DNA of 64,000 nt, from positions 5,403 to 69,402 of IMG/VR virus record IMGVR_UViG_3300025073_000048. One strand, written 5' to 3'. Source of the DNA: a virus. Below are positions 53,461-63,131 of the stretch, piece after piece. A model generated the notes under the pieces. That model was not told where the DNA came from and did not search any database. It was given only the letters and a program-made list of their open reading frames with translations. Every line of letters starts with the position of its first letter. The stretch's first letter is position 1. The position numbers were made by a program, and so were the translations under genes.

Positions 53461-53909
53461 GTAAAACGCTCTGGAAGGTTGTTAATTCCGAATACTTGGC
53501 TGCATTCCTTGCCATTGGTTCAATCTCAAATATTGATTGCGATCTGGTTCACTGGTTCACTCACCTTCCATGTCTGCGTTCCGAAACTTTGGTTCAGTCG
53601 CCGAAGGTGGCTACACTCGACCCATTTGATTCAATCAACGGTGGTGAGTTCGTTCGGGGGTTTGTGTCATTCATATCTACGACTTCGATCCAGGGATCTG
53701 TTTCAATCTGACTGATAGTCTGCGATCTTCAGATATGGTTCTGTCTGGTCTTCTGTCTCGTTCGAGCTGAATGATCATCTGGCGATGTGACTACGATCAA
53801 GCGGTTTGATTCATTCCTGCTTGATGCCTGCGATCGGCTGCATTGGTTCATTCAAACGATCTGTCTGCGATCTGGATATTTGGTTCCATCACTAACAATG
53901 GCTACGCTC
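53461..53909 (-). repeat. TIGR-like dual-repeat array 2 (~12 units)
   Basis: Same repeats: 10-mer at 53516, 53553, 53590, 53627 ... 53807, 53844, 53881; last 11-mer TGGCTACGCTC at 53899-53909. Confidence 0.88.
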
Positions 53910-53911
53910 CA

Positions 53912-55078
53912 TCACTCAGCAGGAAACGTTTTCAGCTTCTGATCTCGGTACTCACAAGCAAGCGAGTACAAGTCCTGATCCATCGTTTCCTTGTTGTCGA
54001 AGATGTACGAGCGCCAGACCTGACGGGCCTGCTCCAGCGTGGCCGTCTTAAACAGCTCGAAATGGTACTCGCGCAGGTCCTCGGGAATCTCCTCGATCAC
54101 TTCCGGCTCTGACTCCGACTTCTTTGTCTCCTTTTTCTCTTCCTCCTGCGGTTCAGAAGTCGTCGTCGATTCCTTTTCCTTTTTCTCTTCCTCCTGCGGT
54201 TCCGACTTCGCCGTCTCCTTTTCCTTCTTCGAGCCCTTTTCCCGTTTCAACTCCTTCGCCGCGCGCTCCGACTTCGACTCGCCCGGCGTTTTAGCGGTTC
54301 CCTCCGTTTCGACCTGCTGAAACGCAAACCAATCCTCGGGCTTGCTCATCCCATCCTTGAGGCTCGTGTAGATCTTGCGCAGCTCCAGCATGTGCTGCTC
54401 CGTCAGCGACTCCGTCTTTCTCTGCGCACGTGTTTCAATCATCTCCGTCGTGATGCCGAACTGCTTGAACACCTCCAGCATCTTGCGGACGCGGTCCACC
54501 AACGGTTCCTTGTGGCCTTCGGTCAGCGTCTTCTCGCACTGCTCGACCGCCAGATCCTGCACGTCCTTGGGAATCACGGACAAGATGCAACTCCGTTTGC
54601 GCCGGGCCCCGACGTTTAGGATCATCTCGGCGATGTCACGGGGATCTTTCAACAGGTAAGACCCTTGCTTCGTGTGGCGCACGTGAGGAACCGTGAACGT
54701 GGTCGCGGATCGCACGTTCGTCTCCATGTCCCACGCATACGCCTCACAAACGCTTTCCCCGTTCGCCTGACTGAGTTCGCGAATCCCGTAGTCCAGATTC
54801 CCCCAGCCCTGCGCCATCGCTTCGGCGAGCCGGATAGACGGCCCTGTGACCTGTTCCTTGCCACGTGGGTACGAGTACATACTGACCTCGGCCAGACCAC
54901 GCCGCTGACACGCGGTTGTGATACGTGAGATCGACTCGTTCACATCGCGGGGGAATCGCTTGGCGATAACGATCATCGCCTGCACTTCCTGCGCCTGCCG
55001 ACTCGCGGCCACCTCCATGAGGTTGTGCTGGCCACGCTTCTCTTGGTCTTCGATATGGGTACTGAGTTCGTTGCTCAT
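53912..55078 (-). CDS. Putative single-strand annealing/recombination protein
   Basis: AKRFPRD, YSYPRG, GPSIRLAE, WGN, AWDMETN, ARR.R.CI family typically paired with YqaJ exonucleases. Confidence 0.6.
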   Translation of the reverse strand: MSNELSTHIEDQEKRGQHNLMEVAASRQAQEVQAMIVIAKRFPRDVNESISRITTACQRRGLAEVSMYSYPRGKEQVTGPSIRLAEAMAQGWGNLDYGIRELSQANGESVCEAYAWDMETNVRSATTFTVPHVRHTKQGSYLLKDPRDIAEMILNVGARRKRSCILSVIPKDVQDLAVEQCEKTLTEGHKEPLVDRVRKMLEVFKQFGITTEMIETRAQRKTESLTEQHMLELRKIYTSLKDGMSKPEDWFAFQQVETEGTAKTPGESKSERAAKELKREKGSKKEKETAKSEPQEEEKKEKESTTTSEPQEEEKKETKKSESEPEVIEEIPEDLREYHFELFKTATLEQARQVWRSYIFDNKETMDQDLYSLACEYRDQKLKTFPAE

Positions 55079-56079
55079 TGCTTGGTCTTGCGCTCCAGAA
55101 GTCGTTCATACGCCCGACGCTTCACCTGTCCGACACGTGCGCGGACCTCTTCAACGTCAGACTCCAGGTAAAGTGATTCCTTCACGAGTAACCGGCGCAG
55201 TTCCTTCTCGCCACGCGGGAAACGGCCCAGCTCAGCAGAACCCATCGCAGACAGAATGCGATTGCGAGTTTCGTCGCGCTGCACTTCCAGCTCCGAGATC
55301 TCCTCGCCGAGCATCTTGTACCGCAACCACCACTGCAGTTCCTCGTCACCGAGTTGAACAACGGTGTTCGCCTGCAGACCATTCACAGAAGTGATCAACT
55401 CACGAGTCCGAGGATGCGTCCAGTTCGGCTCTGGAGGGCACCCATCAGCGATCCGCTCGCACAGTTCCTTCTCGGCCTCCGCGATCGCTTCAATCAGGTC
55501 GTCATTGCGCTGGATCGGATACACCCGCAGCGTGAAGATGCCGAACATCACCGCCACGTCCACCTGATCCACGCCCATCACAGCCATCTGCTGCTGCGCC
55601 TGAAACAGAGTGTCATCAGGCACCAGATCCGTGCCCTCCTGGCCGTACTTAGAGTCATCGTCCTCTGCGTACATGCGCTGCGTGGTAGCCTTCGTCTCCA
55701 GCAGACGGCGATGCTCCGACAACACGATCGCGTCCGGTGTCGCAGTCATATAGGGCAGCGTCGGGTGGATGAACATCCTGTCATTCTCCACGCACTGCAC
55801 GCCCAGCTCGTCCGAGTATTCCTTCACGATCACCGACTGCATCCGGCGCCCACGCCGCAGTCGCTTCGTCTGATCGTCATCGAACTGAATCTCACGTATC
55901 CTGCGCGCCGCGAGATACAGATCCAAACTCGTGCGATAATTGCTGCGATTGCACGCGGCAGCCGCATCACTCGCACCAATCCACAACTGCCGTCCTGGCT
56001 CGTAGTGCCGTCCCTCCAACCACATCGGGTCGCCTTCCTTCGGACCCTCGATCGGTACATGCTGCTGTGTCACCATCAA
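55075..56079 (-). CDS. YqaJ/lambda-exonuclease-like recombination nuclease
   Basis: IGASDAAA, ATPDA, LLETKAT, QAQQQM. Confidence 0.85.
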   Translation of the reverse strand: MMVTQQHVPIEGPKEGDPMWLEGRHYEPGRQLWIGASDAAAACNRSNYRTSLDLYLAARRIREIQFDDDQTKRLRRGRRMQSVIVKEYSDELGVQCVENDRMFIHPTLPYMTATPDAIVLSEHRRLLETKATTQRMYAEDDDSKYGQEGTDLVPDDTLFQAQQQMAVMGVDQVDVAVMFGIFTLRVYPIQRNDDLIEAIAEAEKELCERIADGCPPEPNWTHPRTRELITSVNGLQANTVVQLGDEELQWWLRYKMLGEEISELEVQRDETRNRILSAMGSAELGRFPRGEKELRRLLVKESLYLESDVEEVRARVGQVKRRAYERLLERKTKQ

Positions 56080-56167
56080 CCAATCCTTTCACTTGCGCCG
56101 TCCAATTCTGTCGCACGCGCTCATCAGCGCGATAAGCAGTAGAAAAGCGAGTCCGCCAAAGAAGGCA

Positions 56168-56383
56168 TCAAGCCACGTCACATTGACCATCGCCCACACC
56201 TCCGTGCTGTTGTTGTGCATCGCGCTCCTTCGCAATCTCAACCTCCAGGCGATTGACCTCGATGTCCTTCGGCGCTTCGATACCCAACCGGACTTTGTCT
56301 TCGCGAATGTCGATCACCATGATCGTGATCAAGCCTTTAGCGATGACGATCTTCTCGCCGACTTTTCGAGACAGGCAGAGCAT
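56168..56383 (-). CDS. csrA: CsrA/RsmA-like RNA-binding regulator
   Basis: MLCLSRKVGEKIVI...KVRLGIEAPKDIEVNRLEV; GGAGG SD. Confidence 0.9.
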   Translation of the reverse strand: MLCLSRKVGEKIVIAKGLITIMVIDIREDKVRLGIEAPKDIEVNRLEVEIAKERDAQQQHGGVGDGQCDVA

Positions 56384-56449
56384 AGAGCTACCTCCAAGCA
56401 AACAAAGATTCCTCGCGACCATCAAAGAAAGTCGGCGACGTCAACGCGC

Positions 56450-56680
56450 CTACTGGCGACGAGGAGTGATGAAGTCAGGGTCGTGCTGCATCTCCACGAT
56501 GTCAGCAAGGCCCAGCCAACCAAGAGGCACCACCGATTCGTAGTGGTGAAGTGCACAGGCGGTGAGGTGCGTTAGGCGCGCCACGCCGTCCGGTTCTTCC
56601 ACCACCGGATGCAAGCACTGTTCGGCCCCGTCGTAAGGGCCTCCGAGAAACCGCATAAATCGCGGGTGCTGCTCGATCAT
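56450..56680 (-). CDS. Small hypothetical protein
   Basis: FLGGPYDG motif; first gene after promoter. Confidence 0.45.
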   Translation of the reverse strand: MIEQHPRFMRFLGGPYDGAEQCLHPVVEEPDGVARLTHLTACALHHYESVVPLGWLGLADIVEMQHDPDFITPRRQ

Positions 56681-56760
56681 CTTCTCCACCTCATCTAAGC
56701 AGCGAGGTGGCGGTCGGGGTTCAGCGACCCCTGAAAACCGCCGAGTTGTCAACGGCGGCA

Positions 56761-56789
56761 AATGTAGGAAAGTTCCGCCATTGAGTCAA
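56761..56789 (-). promoter_or_regulatory. Strong sigma70-like promoter for the replication/TIGR operon
   Basis: TTGACT-N17-TACATT on minus strand. Confidence 0.7.
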
Positions 56790-56799
56790 GGAGAATTCC

Positions 56800-57081
56800 C
56801 TAGTCGGGCTTCTTTTTCGCCCGCCCTGGCTGACGCAAGAGTTTGGAGGGGCAGACGTTAAGCGATTTTGCAATATTTTCCAAAACAGGTAGCGTCGGAG
56901 AGTTCCTACCCCGTTCCAGGTCGGAAACGTAGCTGCGCGGTACTCTCATCTTCGCGCTCAAATCGTCCTGAGTCATGTTCGCCGACTCGCGCAACACTCG
57001 GAGATTCTCGCGGAAATACCGCTGCAACCGAGTGAACCGTTGACATGAGACACGCTTCAATATCGCATTTTTCTTTAACAT
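56800..57081 (-). CDS. XRE-family HTH repressor
   Basis: LRVLRESANMTQDDLSAKM...YVSDLERGRNSPTL. Confidence 0.85.
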   Translation of the reverse strand: MLKKNAILKRVSCQRFTRLQRYFRENLRVLRESANMTQDDLSAKMRVPRSYVSDLERGRNSPTLPVLENIAKSLNVCPSKLLRQPGRAKKKPD

Positions 57082-57172
57082 GGTCAGAAGTGTAACGCGA
57101 ACAGACCGACTAAGCAAACGACACGGAACCAAAAACACCACCGCTCACCTAGCATCTTCGACACAAGAAATG

Positions 57173-57208
57173 AAAAAACCCCGTGGCCCGGTCCTCCGAA
57201 CCACGAGG
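57173..57208 (-). terminator. Rho-independent terminator ending the late block
   Basis: CCTCGTGGTTCGG-AGGA-CCGGGCCACGGGG-TTTTTT. Confidence 0.7.
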
Positions 57209-57334
57209 TGATCTTCATCCAACGGGGAGTGCTATTTGTTACCGCTTCATCGTGGCTTGGCCCTCCTGGAAACAATCGATTACCAAGTTCAACACGTATG
57301 AAGAACCGCACATTGCGGATCTTGCTCAATCAAC

Positions 57335-57754
57335 TCAAGAGCGCGCTTCCGCGATCACCGCGTCAATATCGTCATTGCTCGCGGCAGCCGCTTGTGCAAA
57401 GACCTCATCGACAACACGCGAGGATTGCCGTCTCCACCGCCAGCCGAAGCAGTCATCACATTCCCGCCGAATGTCACGGATGGCGCGTACCTTCTGACTA
57501 CGCGACGGCTTCTTGACCGATTCGCGCAGCTCAACATTGTTCTGCGGGCAGTTCTCGAAGATCCCGCTGAGCGCTGCCATAATCGCCTCGATCAACGCGA
57601 TCCACCCGATCGCCGAATATCCGGCAATGATGCGCGGAGGATTCCCGGCGTCGTAATCGTCGATCCCGTCCGACACTTCCTTTTTCTGCGCGCCGATCGA
57701 GCTGGCCGCAACACTGATCGCAAACGCTTGCAATAGCTTCATCACAGTCTCCAA
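57335..57754 (-). CDS. Hypothetical protein with hydrophobic helix
   Basis: 139 aa. Confidence 0.5.
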   Translation of the reverse strand: METVMKLLQAFAISVAASSIGAQKKEVSDGIDDYDAGNPPRIIAGYSAIGWIALIEAIMAALSGIFENCPQNNVELRESVKKPSRSQKVRAIRDIRRECDDCFGWRWRRQSSRVVDEVFAQAAAASNDDIDAVIAEARS

Positions 57755-57834
57755 TTTGAAATAAAGGGGTCTTCTACTTGATGACTCAGGACTGGTGGGT
57801 TTGAGTCTCCGTCACCGCGCTGAAAAGTATTACG

Positions 57835-58647
57835 TTACGTCGGCTCCGACGACATGAATCCAATCGCTTCATCGGGGGTCGCATTCTCGCCGTACATTTC
57901 AATCGGCTCAGTCTCGTCGTGGCTGTTGCGAATCACCAGCGTGATGTTCATCCACTTCCCTGGAGTCCACAGCATGCCAATGATTTCCATCGCGTGCGAC
58001 AAACGATTCCATGCTGCGTACTGAGGCCGTCCGAGCTTGAGAATCGACAAGACCTGGCGCATCATCTCGCGCGTCCCTGCGCGCCGGTTCGTGTCGAGGA
58101 TATTCCTCAACCGGAACCCCTTCGCGGCTTCCTTCCAGCCTTCCTTGTACTGCCGATAATTGCGCTCAAACATGTTCGGAACGAACTCCGCAGGTGCGAT
58201 TCCGTCATTACGCACCCACTCTACGAAGCTGTCGAGGTAGTTCCCCTTATTGGCCCATCCCACAGCACCACCAGCCGTCACCGGCGCAAGTTGTGGAGTC
58301 GGGCGTCCCTCAGCGGCCAACATGTCAAGTAGAGCTGCAACTCCCGACCAGGACCAGCAATAGTTGAGTCCATTCTGATTCCAGCGATATCCATCCGGCG
58401 CCCACGTGCGCTGTTGCCAGTACATCGGGAAGATCTTCTTCTCGTGGCACTCCTTGATCACTGCTTCGAAGTCATCGAAGTCAACGAGAATATCCGGCAC
58501 ATCCTCCACCGGCTGCAGACCTAACTCCAACGCACGCTGCGAGCCGTACACGAACTCACGCTGAAACACTTCCTGATATTCGCTTGTGAGTCCTAAGTCG
58601 ATCAGGGTTGAAACCGGGAGATCAGCATTGAATGACAGCCGACTCAT
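57835..58647 (-). CDS. Papain-like cysteine peptidase
   Basis: NQNGLNYCW (oxyanion Q, catalytic C), SHAM (H), IRNSH (N). Confidence 0.7.
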   Translation of the reverse strand: MSRLSFNADLPVSTLIDLGLTSEYQEVFQREFVYGSQRALELGLQPVEDVPDILVDFDDFEAVIKECHEKKIFPMYWQQRTWAPDGYRWNQNGLNYCWSWSGVAALLDMLAAEGRPTPQLAPVTAGGAVGWANKGNYLDSFVEWVRNDGIAPAEFVPNMFERNYRQYKEGWKEAAKGFRLRNILDTNRRAGTREMMRQVLSILKLGRPQYAAWNRLSHAMEIIGMLWTPGKWMNITLVIRNSHDETEPIEMYGENATPDEAIGFMSSEPT

Positions 58648-59402
58648 CGCTTAACCTCCGTTGGATTCTCCAGCAACTTCATCACAGCTTCCATGCTGTC
58701 AGGGAGCTGGAACACTTGCACCACACCACCGTCCTTAGGTGCAATCGCGATCAGCGGACCAGACATTGGCTTCGCCGCTCGGAACCACGCCGCATGCTTC
58801 TCGGGCTTCCCGCTATCGACGAAAGAACGATCGTACGCTGCTTGGAACACATGTCCCGCTGCTGCAATCTGATCCCGTGCTGTTAGGGATGTCAGGATCT
58901 CTTGCTGGCGCGGCGGGAGGTTGTCGAGCTGGCCCCACTCGTAAAAGAACATCACCTGATACTTGCCTCCCGGTGGCGGAGGTGGCGGAGGGGGGGGCGG
59001 TGGCGGAACTGCCCCTCCCGTCACCTTAAAGGTGGTGCGCACGTCGTACTTTCCGTGCCCTAAATACGAGCGAATGGTTACGTCGTTTCCGGCTCCATCC
59101 TTAAATGTCACCGTTTCGATATGCAACCAGTCGAGCCGGTACTGCAGGACGTACTCTCCAGGTGGAGCACATACGACCAAGTGCGTGGAGTCGATCGTGT
59201 GGACGTTGACTCCCGGTGGAATGATCCACCCAGGTCCCTCAGACGTGGCACCCGCAGGGATATCGGTCTTGATGGAGACTGGGATCGGTGTGTCACGCGG
59301 AGTTTCCGCAGCCACATCGATCTGCGCGCACGCTGTGGATGCCACCAAGAGCATCAGCACAGCGAGAATGTAACTCACCGTCTTCAACACACACCTCCTC
59401 AC
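58644..59402 (-). CDS. Secreted protein with poly-Pro linker
   Basis: Signal peptide, beta domain, long poly-Pro linker, possible thioredoxin-like C domain. Confidence 0.6.
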   Translation of the reverse strand: MRRCVLKTVSYILAVLMLLVASTACAQIDVAAETPRDTPIPVSIKTDIPAGATSEGPGWIIPPGVNVHTIDSTHLVVCAPPGEYVLQYRLDWLHIETVTFKDGAGNDVTIRSYLGHGKYDVRTTFKVTGGAVPPPPPPPPPPPPGGKYQVMFFYEWGQLDNLPPRQQEILTSLTARDQIAAAGHVFQAAYDRSFVDSGKPEKHAAWFRAAKPMSGPLIAIAPKDGGVVQVFQLPDSMEAVMKLLENPTEVKR

Positions 59403-59608
59403 CGAGCGCGGCGGAACAGACGACGAAGCGGCTTCCGTGCAATGTGTACCGTGCGCTTCACCGTCGTGCGCGCCACGTTACGTACCAGTCCTTCCTCGGA
59501 CCTTACCAGCACAGAGAGTTTCGCTCTCTCGGCCGGTGCGACACATTGACCACCAGGGCATTGACCCTGCAGAGACATGGCGGTCAGGATCACAAGCGTC
59601 GACAGCAT
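59399..59608 (-). CDS. Small secreted basic peptide
   Basis: Signal peptide, CPGGQC, Arg-rich tail. Confidence 0.5.
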   Translation of the reverse strand: MLSTLVILTAMSLQGQCPGGQCVAPAERAKLSVLVRSEEGLVRNVARTTVKRTVHIARKPLRRLFRRAR

Positions 59609-59726
59609 GGAATCTACCTTTCCGGGCGTGAATGCCCGATAGCAGTGTGCTCGCAGTCGCAACCAAGCATCCTGCAGCAACGCGAGCGTGGGGGTTGTGA
59701 ATCGCTTCATCCCGTTTCGGAAGATT

Positions 59727-62700
59727 CTAACGACCTTCCGCAGCCTTGCGCGCTTCGGCGCGGACTTTTGCGCGTTTTGATAAGGTGTTGATCAGCGCCT
59801 CCAGCTTTTTGGAGTCTTCCAGTTCCTGAGGCGTCATCTCCGCTTCGACCTCCTCGGGGATGTACGAGCGGATGAATGTCTTCCCTCCAGCCTGACGCAT
59901 CATCTGCTGGACACGTTCGCGGAGCAGAGACTCCTGAGCAGCCGGTGACACGTTCGTTACACGTGCGCCGGTGAGTAGGTTCATGGCCGTCTTTCCAGCC
60001 TCGGGAATGAACTGACCCTTCATCTGCGGGTCGGTAAACGGGCGGGCGAGTCCTGACAACTGCCGCGCCGTAGAGGAGGCGCGCGACAGTGGCGAGTTTC
60101 CGACAACAAACTCCATCGCCTCTGAGCCCGGCCACTTTACCGCGTCACGTTGCCCGGTCACGTTCGCCAGCGTGCGGCCAATCGCCGGATCGAGATCCTC
60201 CAAAGACCGCCCGCCCATCGGACCCTTTTGAAAGAACGTCTGACCAGTCGCCCACTCCAGGGGCGCTTTGACGATCGGGTTCATGCGGCTGCCAGCCTCC
60301 AAGAGTGCTCCTCGCACACCGCCTCCCACGAAGCTCAACGGGTCCTCGAACATCAGCCCGGCGCCAGTCAGGTATCGCTGTGACCCGTCAGGCGACTCTC
60401 CGAGAGGGATCGACGTGGTTTCGGCCACGTAGTCGGGCGTCATCACGTCAGGATTGCGTAATCGATTCGCCGCGCGAATGGTTGTTCCCAGCCTTCCTGT
60501 CGGCTGTTCGGCGAGCTGTTTCAGCGTCCACGGCAGCATTTTGCTTGAAAATTTGTAGAACGGGAACAGCGTAGCCATGCCCTGCTGTTCCGCTTTCGTG
60601 AAGTACCGGCCCTGATACATCACCTGCGCGGCGCCCACCTTCTTGGCTGCAGCGGTCGGGTCCACACCCAGCTTGATCTGGTGCAGGAACGGAGCTACAC
60701 GGTTCATAAATTCCACGATGCCTGCGATCTCTTCCCCGGCAGCCATCGGGCCGAACTCAGACTGCGGAGCGTCGAACCAGCCACGTGTCTTGAGCGGGTT
60801 CATACTGGTCCCCGGCTCACGTGCAATCGCCTTGCGGCCGATGCGGGCCGGATCGATGTGGTTGACGCCCATGCCGGGGATCTCCCGCATCGCGTCTTGG
60901 ATGTTCGACGCCATGACGTTCTGACCGCCTGCGACCGCCATCGCCTCACCGGCAAAGCGGTGCGACAGTCCCTCGGCGTAGGCAAGCTGGCCGATCAGGT
61001 TGGTCGCCTGCTCGTCCGTCAGGTTCCTGATGCCGCGATCCTTGGCGAGCTGCTTGACGATCCGCCAGTTCTTCGCGCCGACAATCGACTTGCCGCGAAT
61101 CAGGTTCATCGTCTGCTTGCCGGATTCCAGCGAGAACATCCCAGCCACGTAGTTCTGATACTGACCACTCACGAGGTTGCGCACGTGGAACGCGGGCCAG
61201 AGAGCCGTCTGCGCGCCCTTCCACAGGTTTGTCACGCTCTGCACCATCCTGCCGATCTCGTTGACAGGCTCCGGTGACTTGAACACGCCACGGAACCGCG
61301 TCAGGTCCTGACCAAGGTCCTTCGACACACGCATCTTGAACAGCTTGCCAAGTTCATCCATGCCAGCCTTAGGATCAACAGCACCAATCTGCTGGATGTG
61401 GTTCTTCAGGCCGAGCGACTCGGCGAGCTGCATCCCGAATCCCTCATTGAGGTCGCCACGCTTGATCCGCAGCTTGTTCAGGATCTGGCCCACCGTCATC
61501 GTGCCTCGGGCATTCGCCGCCGTCGTGGGCGACTGCAGAACCCCTGGAGACACCAGCGTGTCACGGACGGCCTTGGCTGCCTCCAAAGCTTCACGGTGGG
61601 AAATGAGCTGCGCCTGCATGTCGATGAGCGGGTTGTTGGCGAACACGCCCGCATTGCGCAGATCGGGGTCCATCTTCCCGACCCAGCGCGCGAGCGCATC
61701 ATATCGATTCCGAACACGCTGCTTTCCATTGACCACTTTGCCTGCGGCTCGCTTGGGGATCACGTTCCCGTAGTTCGCTTCGATCCATTGAGAAATCGTC
61801 TTCACGTCAGCCGGTGACTGACCGGGCCCACCATCAATCAACGTGTGCAGTCGCGGGTCCTGTAAGAGCTGCTTGATGGTTGACGTTTCACCCTGGATGG
61901 CATGCACCATGCCGTCCTTATCCGTGTAGGGGCTCAAGAATCCCTTTCGACGCATACTGCCCTTCTGGAACGCATTGAACTGGGAAAAGGTCGTGCCGCT
62001 CGTTCCCGGCTTGCCAACGCGGTCGCTCATGTAACGCGGCCAGTAGCGGGCATAAGGACTTTTCCACTCGTTCGGAGAGGTGCCCCAGATACGCCCTTCG
62101 TCTAGGACTGATTTCTGACGCGCCTCTAGTTTCGACACGAGGTCTGCAGTTCGCTGGTCAAGCGGGCCGGTCTGGGTTCCTTCGAGCCAGCCACGCAGCC
62201 AATCGGCATCCGCGTCATTGGCGTGTCCGGCCTGCTTCAGTTCGTCGATGTAGCCTGCCACCTCACGCTTTGCCATCGCGATCGCCGTCGTCTTGGAACC
62301 AAAGAGGCTCCGGGCGAATACCTGCCCGGTCTTGGTCTTGGTGTCGGCCAGCGGTGCGGAGAAGAGTTGCGCCATCGCGTTGACAGGCTGAATGTCCGTC
62401 CCTGGTATGCGTGCGTACCGGACAGCCGACCCAATATCGTCCAGTGTCTTGGCAACCCGCTGCGACCGGGGCCCGAACCCGGTGACGTTCTTTACCTTCC
62501 CCATGAACCCCGTCGCGAACATGCCACGCAATGGATCATCCGCGATCTGTGACAGTTTCACGCCAGCCGCCTTGGCTGCATTGTGAGCGGCGCGCAGTTC
62601 CTCACGGGAGGCACCTGCCAACACGTCGCGTGCCGTCGTGTTCATCGCAGCGACACGTGGGCCCAACTCCTCGATCGGCTTGCGGAGCTTCGTGGCGGCA

Positions 62701-63131
62701 GTCTGCATCACCCGATCGCCAAGGTTTGCAGCCTTCAGGATCTCCCCCGCCTTAGTCGCCTTCCCAAACGGGAAGAGGTAGGTCAAGGGGTCCGTGAGGA
62801 TGTCCACTCCAAGCCCGCCCGCGAAGTTCCCCCACGTGTCTTTCTTCCCAGCCATGCCGTACTTGCGCAGAAGGTCGCGACCACTCGTGCGATTCTCGCC
62901 TGACAACGGGTGCAGCAATTGGTCCAGCGGGTTCTCCAGGGCGAGAACGTCGCGCACCATCGAACCGGGAACGTCTAGGAAATTGCCGACCGCCGCAATC
63001 CCGCCGAGCGCCTTCCGCCCAGCCTTGCGGACGATGCCCTCTTCATCCTCGGGCGAAATGGAAAGACCCGGCGCCCGGCGCACCGCAGTGGCACCGAGCG
63101 ACGGGAGACCGGGAAGTTCGAATAGTGCCAT
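59727..63131 (-). CDS. Large internal-virion/DNA-ejection-like protein
   Basis: About 1134 aa helical; DPLTYL, WKGAQTALWPAFHVRN, LFPFYKF motifs resemble phage ejection/large polyvalent proteins. Confidence 0.6.
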   Translation of the reverse strand: MALFELPGLPSLGATAVRRAPGLSISPEDEEGIVRKAGRKALGGIAAVGNFLDVPGSMVRDVLALENPLDQLLHPLSGENRTSGRDLLRKYGMAGKKDTWGNFAGGLGVDILTDPLTYLFPFGKATKAGEILKAANLGDRVMQTAATKLRKPIEELGPRVAAMNTTARDVLAGASREELRAAHNAAKAAGVKLSQIADDPLRGMFATGFMGKVKNVTGFGPRSQRVAKTLDDIGSAVRYARIPGTDIQPVNAMAQLFSAPLADTKTKTGQVFARSLFGSKTTAIAMAKREVAGYIDELKQAGHANDADADWLRGWLEGTQTGPLDQRTADLVSKLEARQKSVLDEGRIWGTSPNEWKSPYARYWPRYMSDRVGKPGTSGTTFSQFNAFQKGSMRRKGFLSPYTDKDGMVHAIQGETSTIKQLLQDPRLHTLIDGGPGQSPADVKTISQWIEANYGNVIPKRAAGKVVNGKQRVRNRYDALARWVGKMDPDLRNAGVFANNPLIDMQAQLISHREALEAAKAVRDTLVSPGVLQSPTTAANARGTMTVGQILNKLRIKRGDLNEGFGMQLAESLGLKNHIQQIGAVDPKAGMDELGKLFKMRVSKDLGQDLTRFRGVFKSPEPVNEIGRMVQSVTNLWKGAQTALWPAFHVRNLVSGQYQNYVAGMFSLESGKQTMNLIRGKSIVGAKNWRIVKQLAKDRGIRNLTDEQATNLIGQLAYAEGLSHRFAGEAMAVAGGQNVMASNIQDAMREIPGMGVNHIDPARIGRKAIAREPGTSMNPLKTRGWFDAPQSEFGPMAAGEEIAGIVEFMNRVAPFLHQIKLGVDPTAAAKKVGAAQVMYQGRYFTKAEQQGMATLFPFYKFSSKMLPWTLKQLAEQPTGRLGTTIRAANRLRNPDVMTPDYVAETTSIPLGESPDGSQRYLTGAGLMFEDPLSFVGGGVRGALLEAGSRMNPIVKAPLEWATGQTFFQKGPMGGRSLEDLDPAIGRTLANVTGQRDAVKWPGSEAMEFVVGNSPLSRASSTARQLSGLARPFTDPQMKGQFIPEAGKTAMNLLTGARVTNVSPAAQESLLRERVQQMMRQAGGKTFIRSYIPEEVEAEMTPQELEDSKKLEALINTLSKRAKVRAEARKAAEGR

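Noticed and set aside
54129-54202. Duplicated EPQEEEKKE coding segment in the SSAP-like gene
   Set aside because: Simple tandem duplication in a disordered linker; no further structure.
57084-57329. 81-aa ORF upstream of repressor
   Set aside because: Spans a clear terminator and probable promoter region; no recognisable features.
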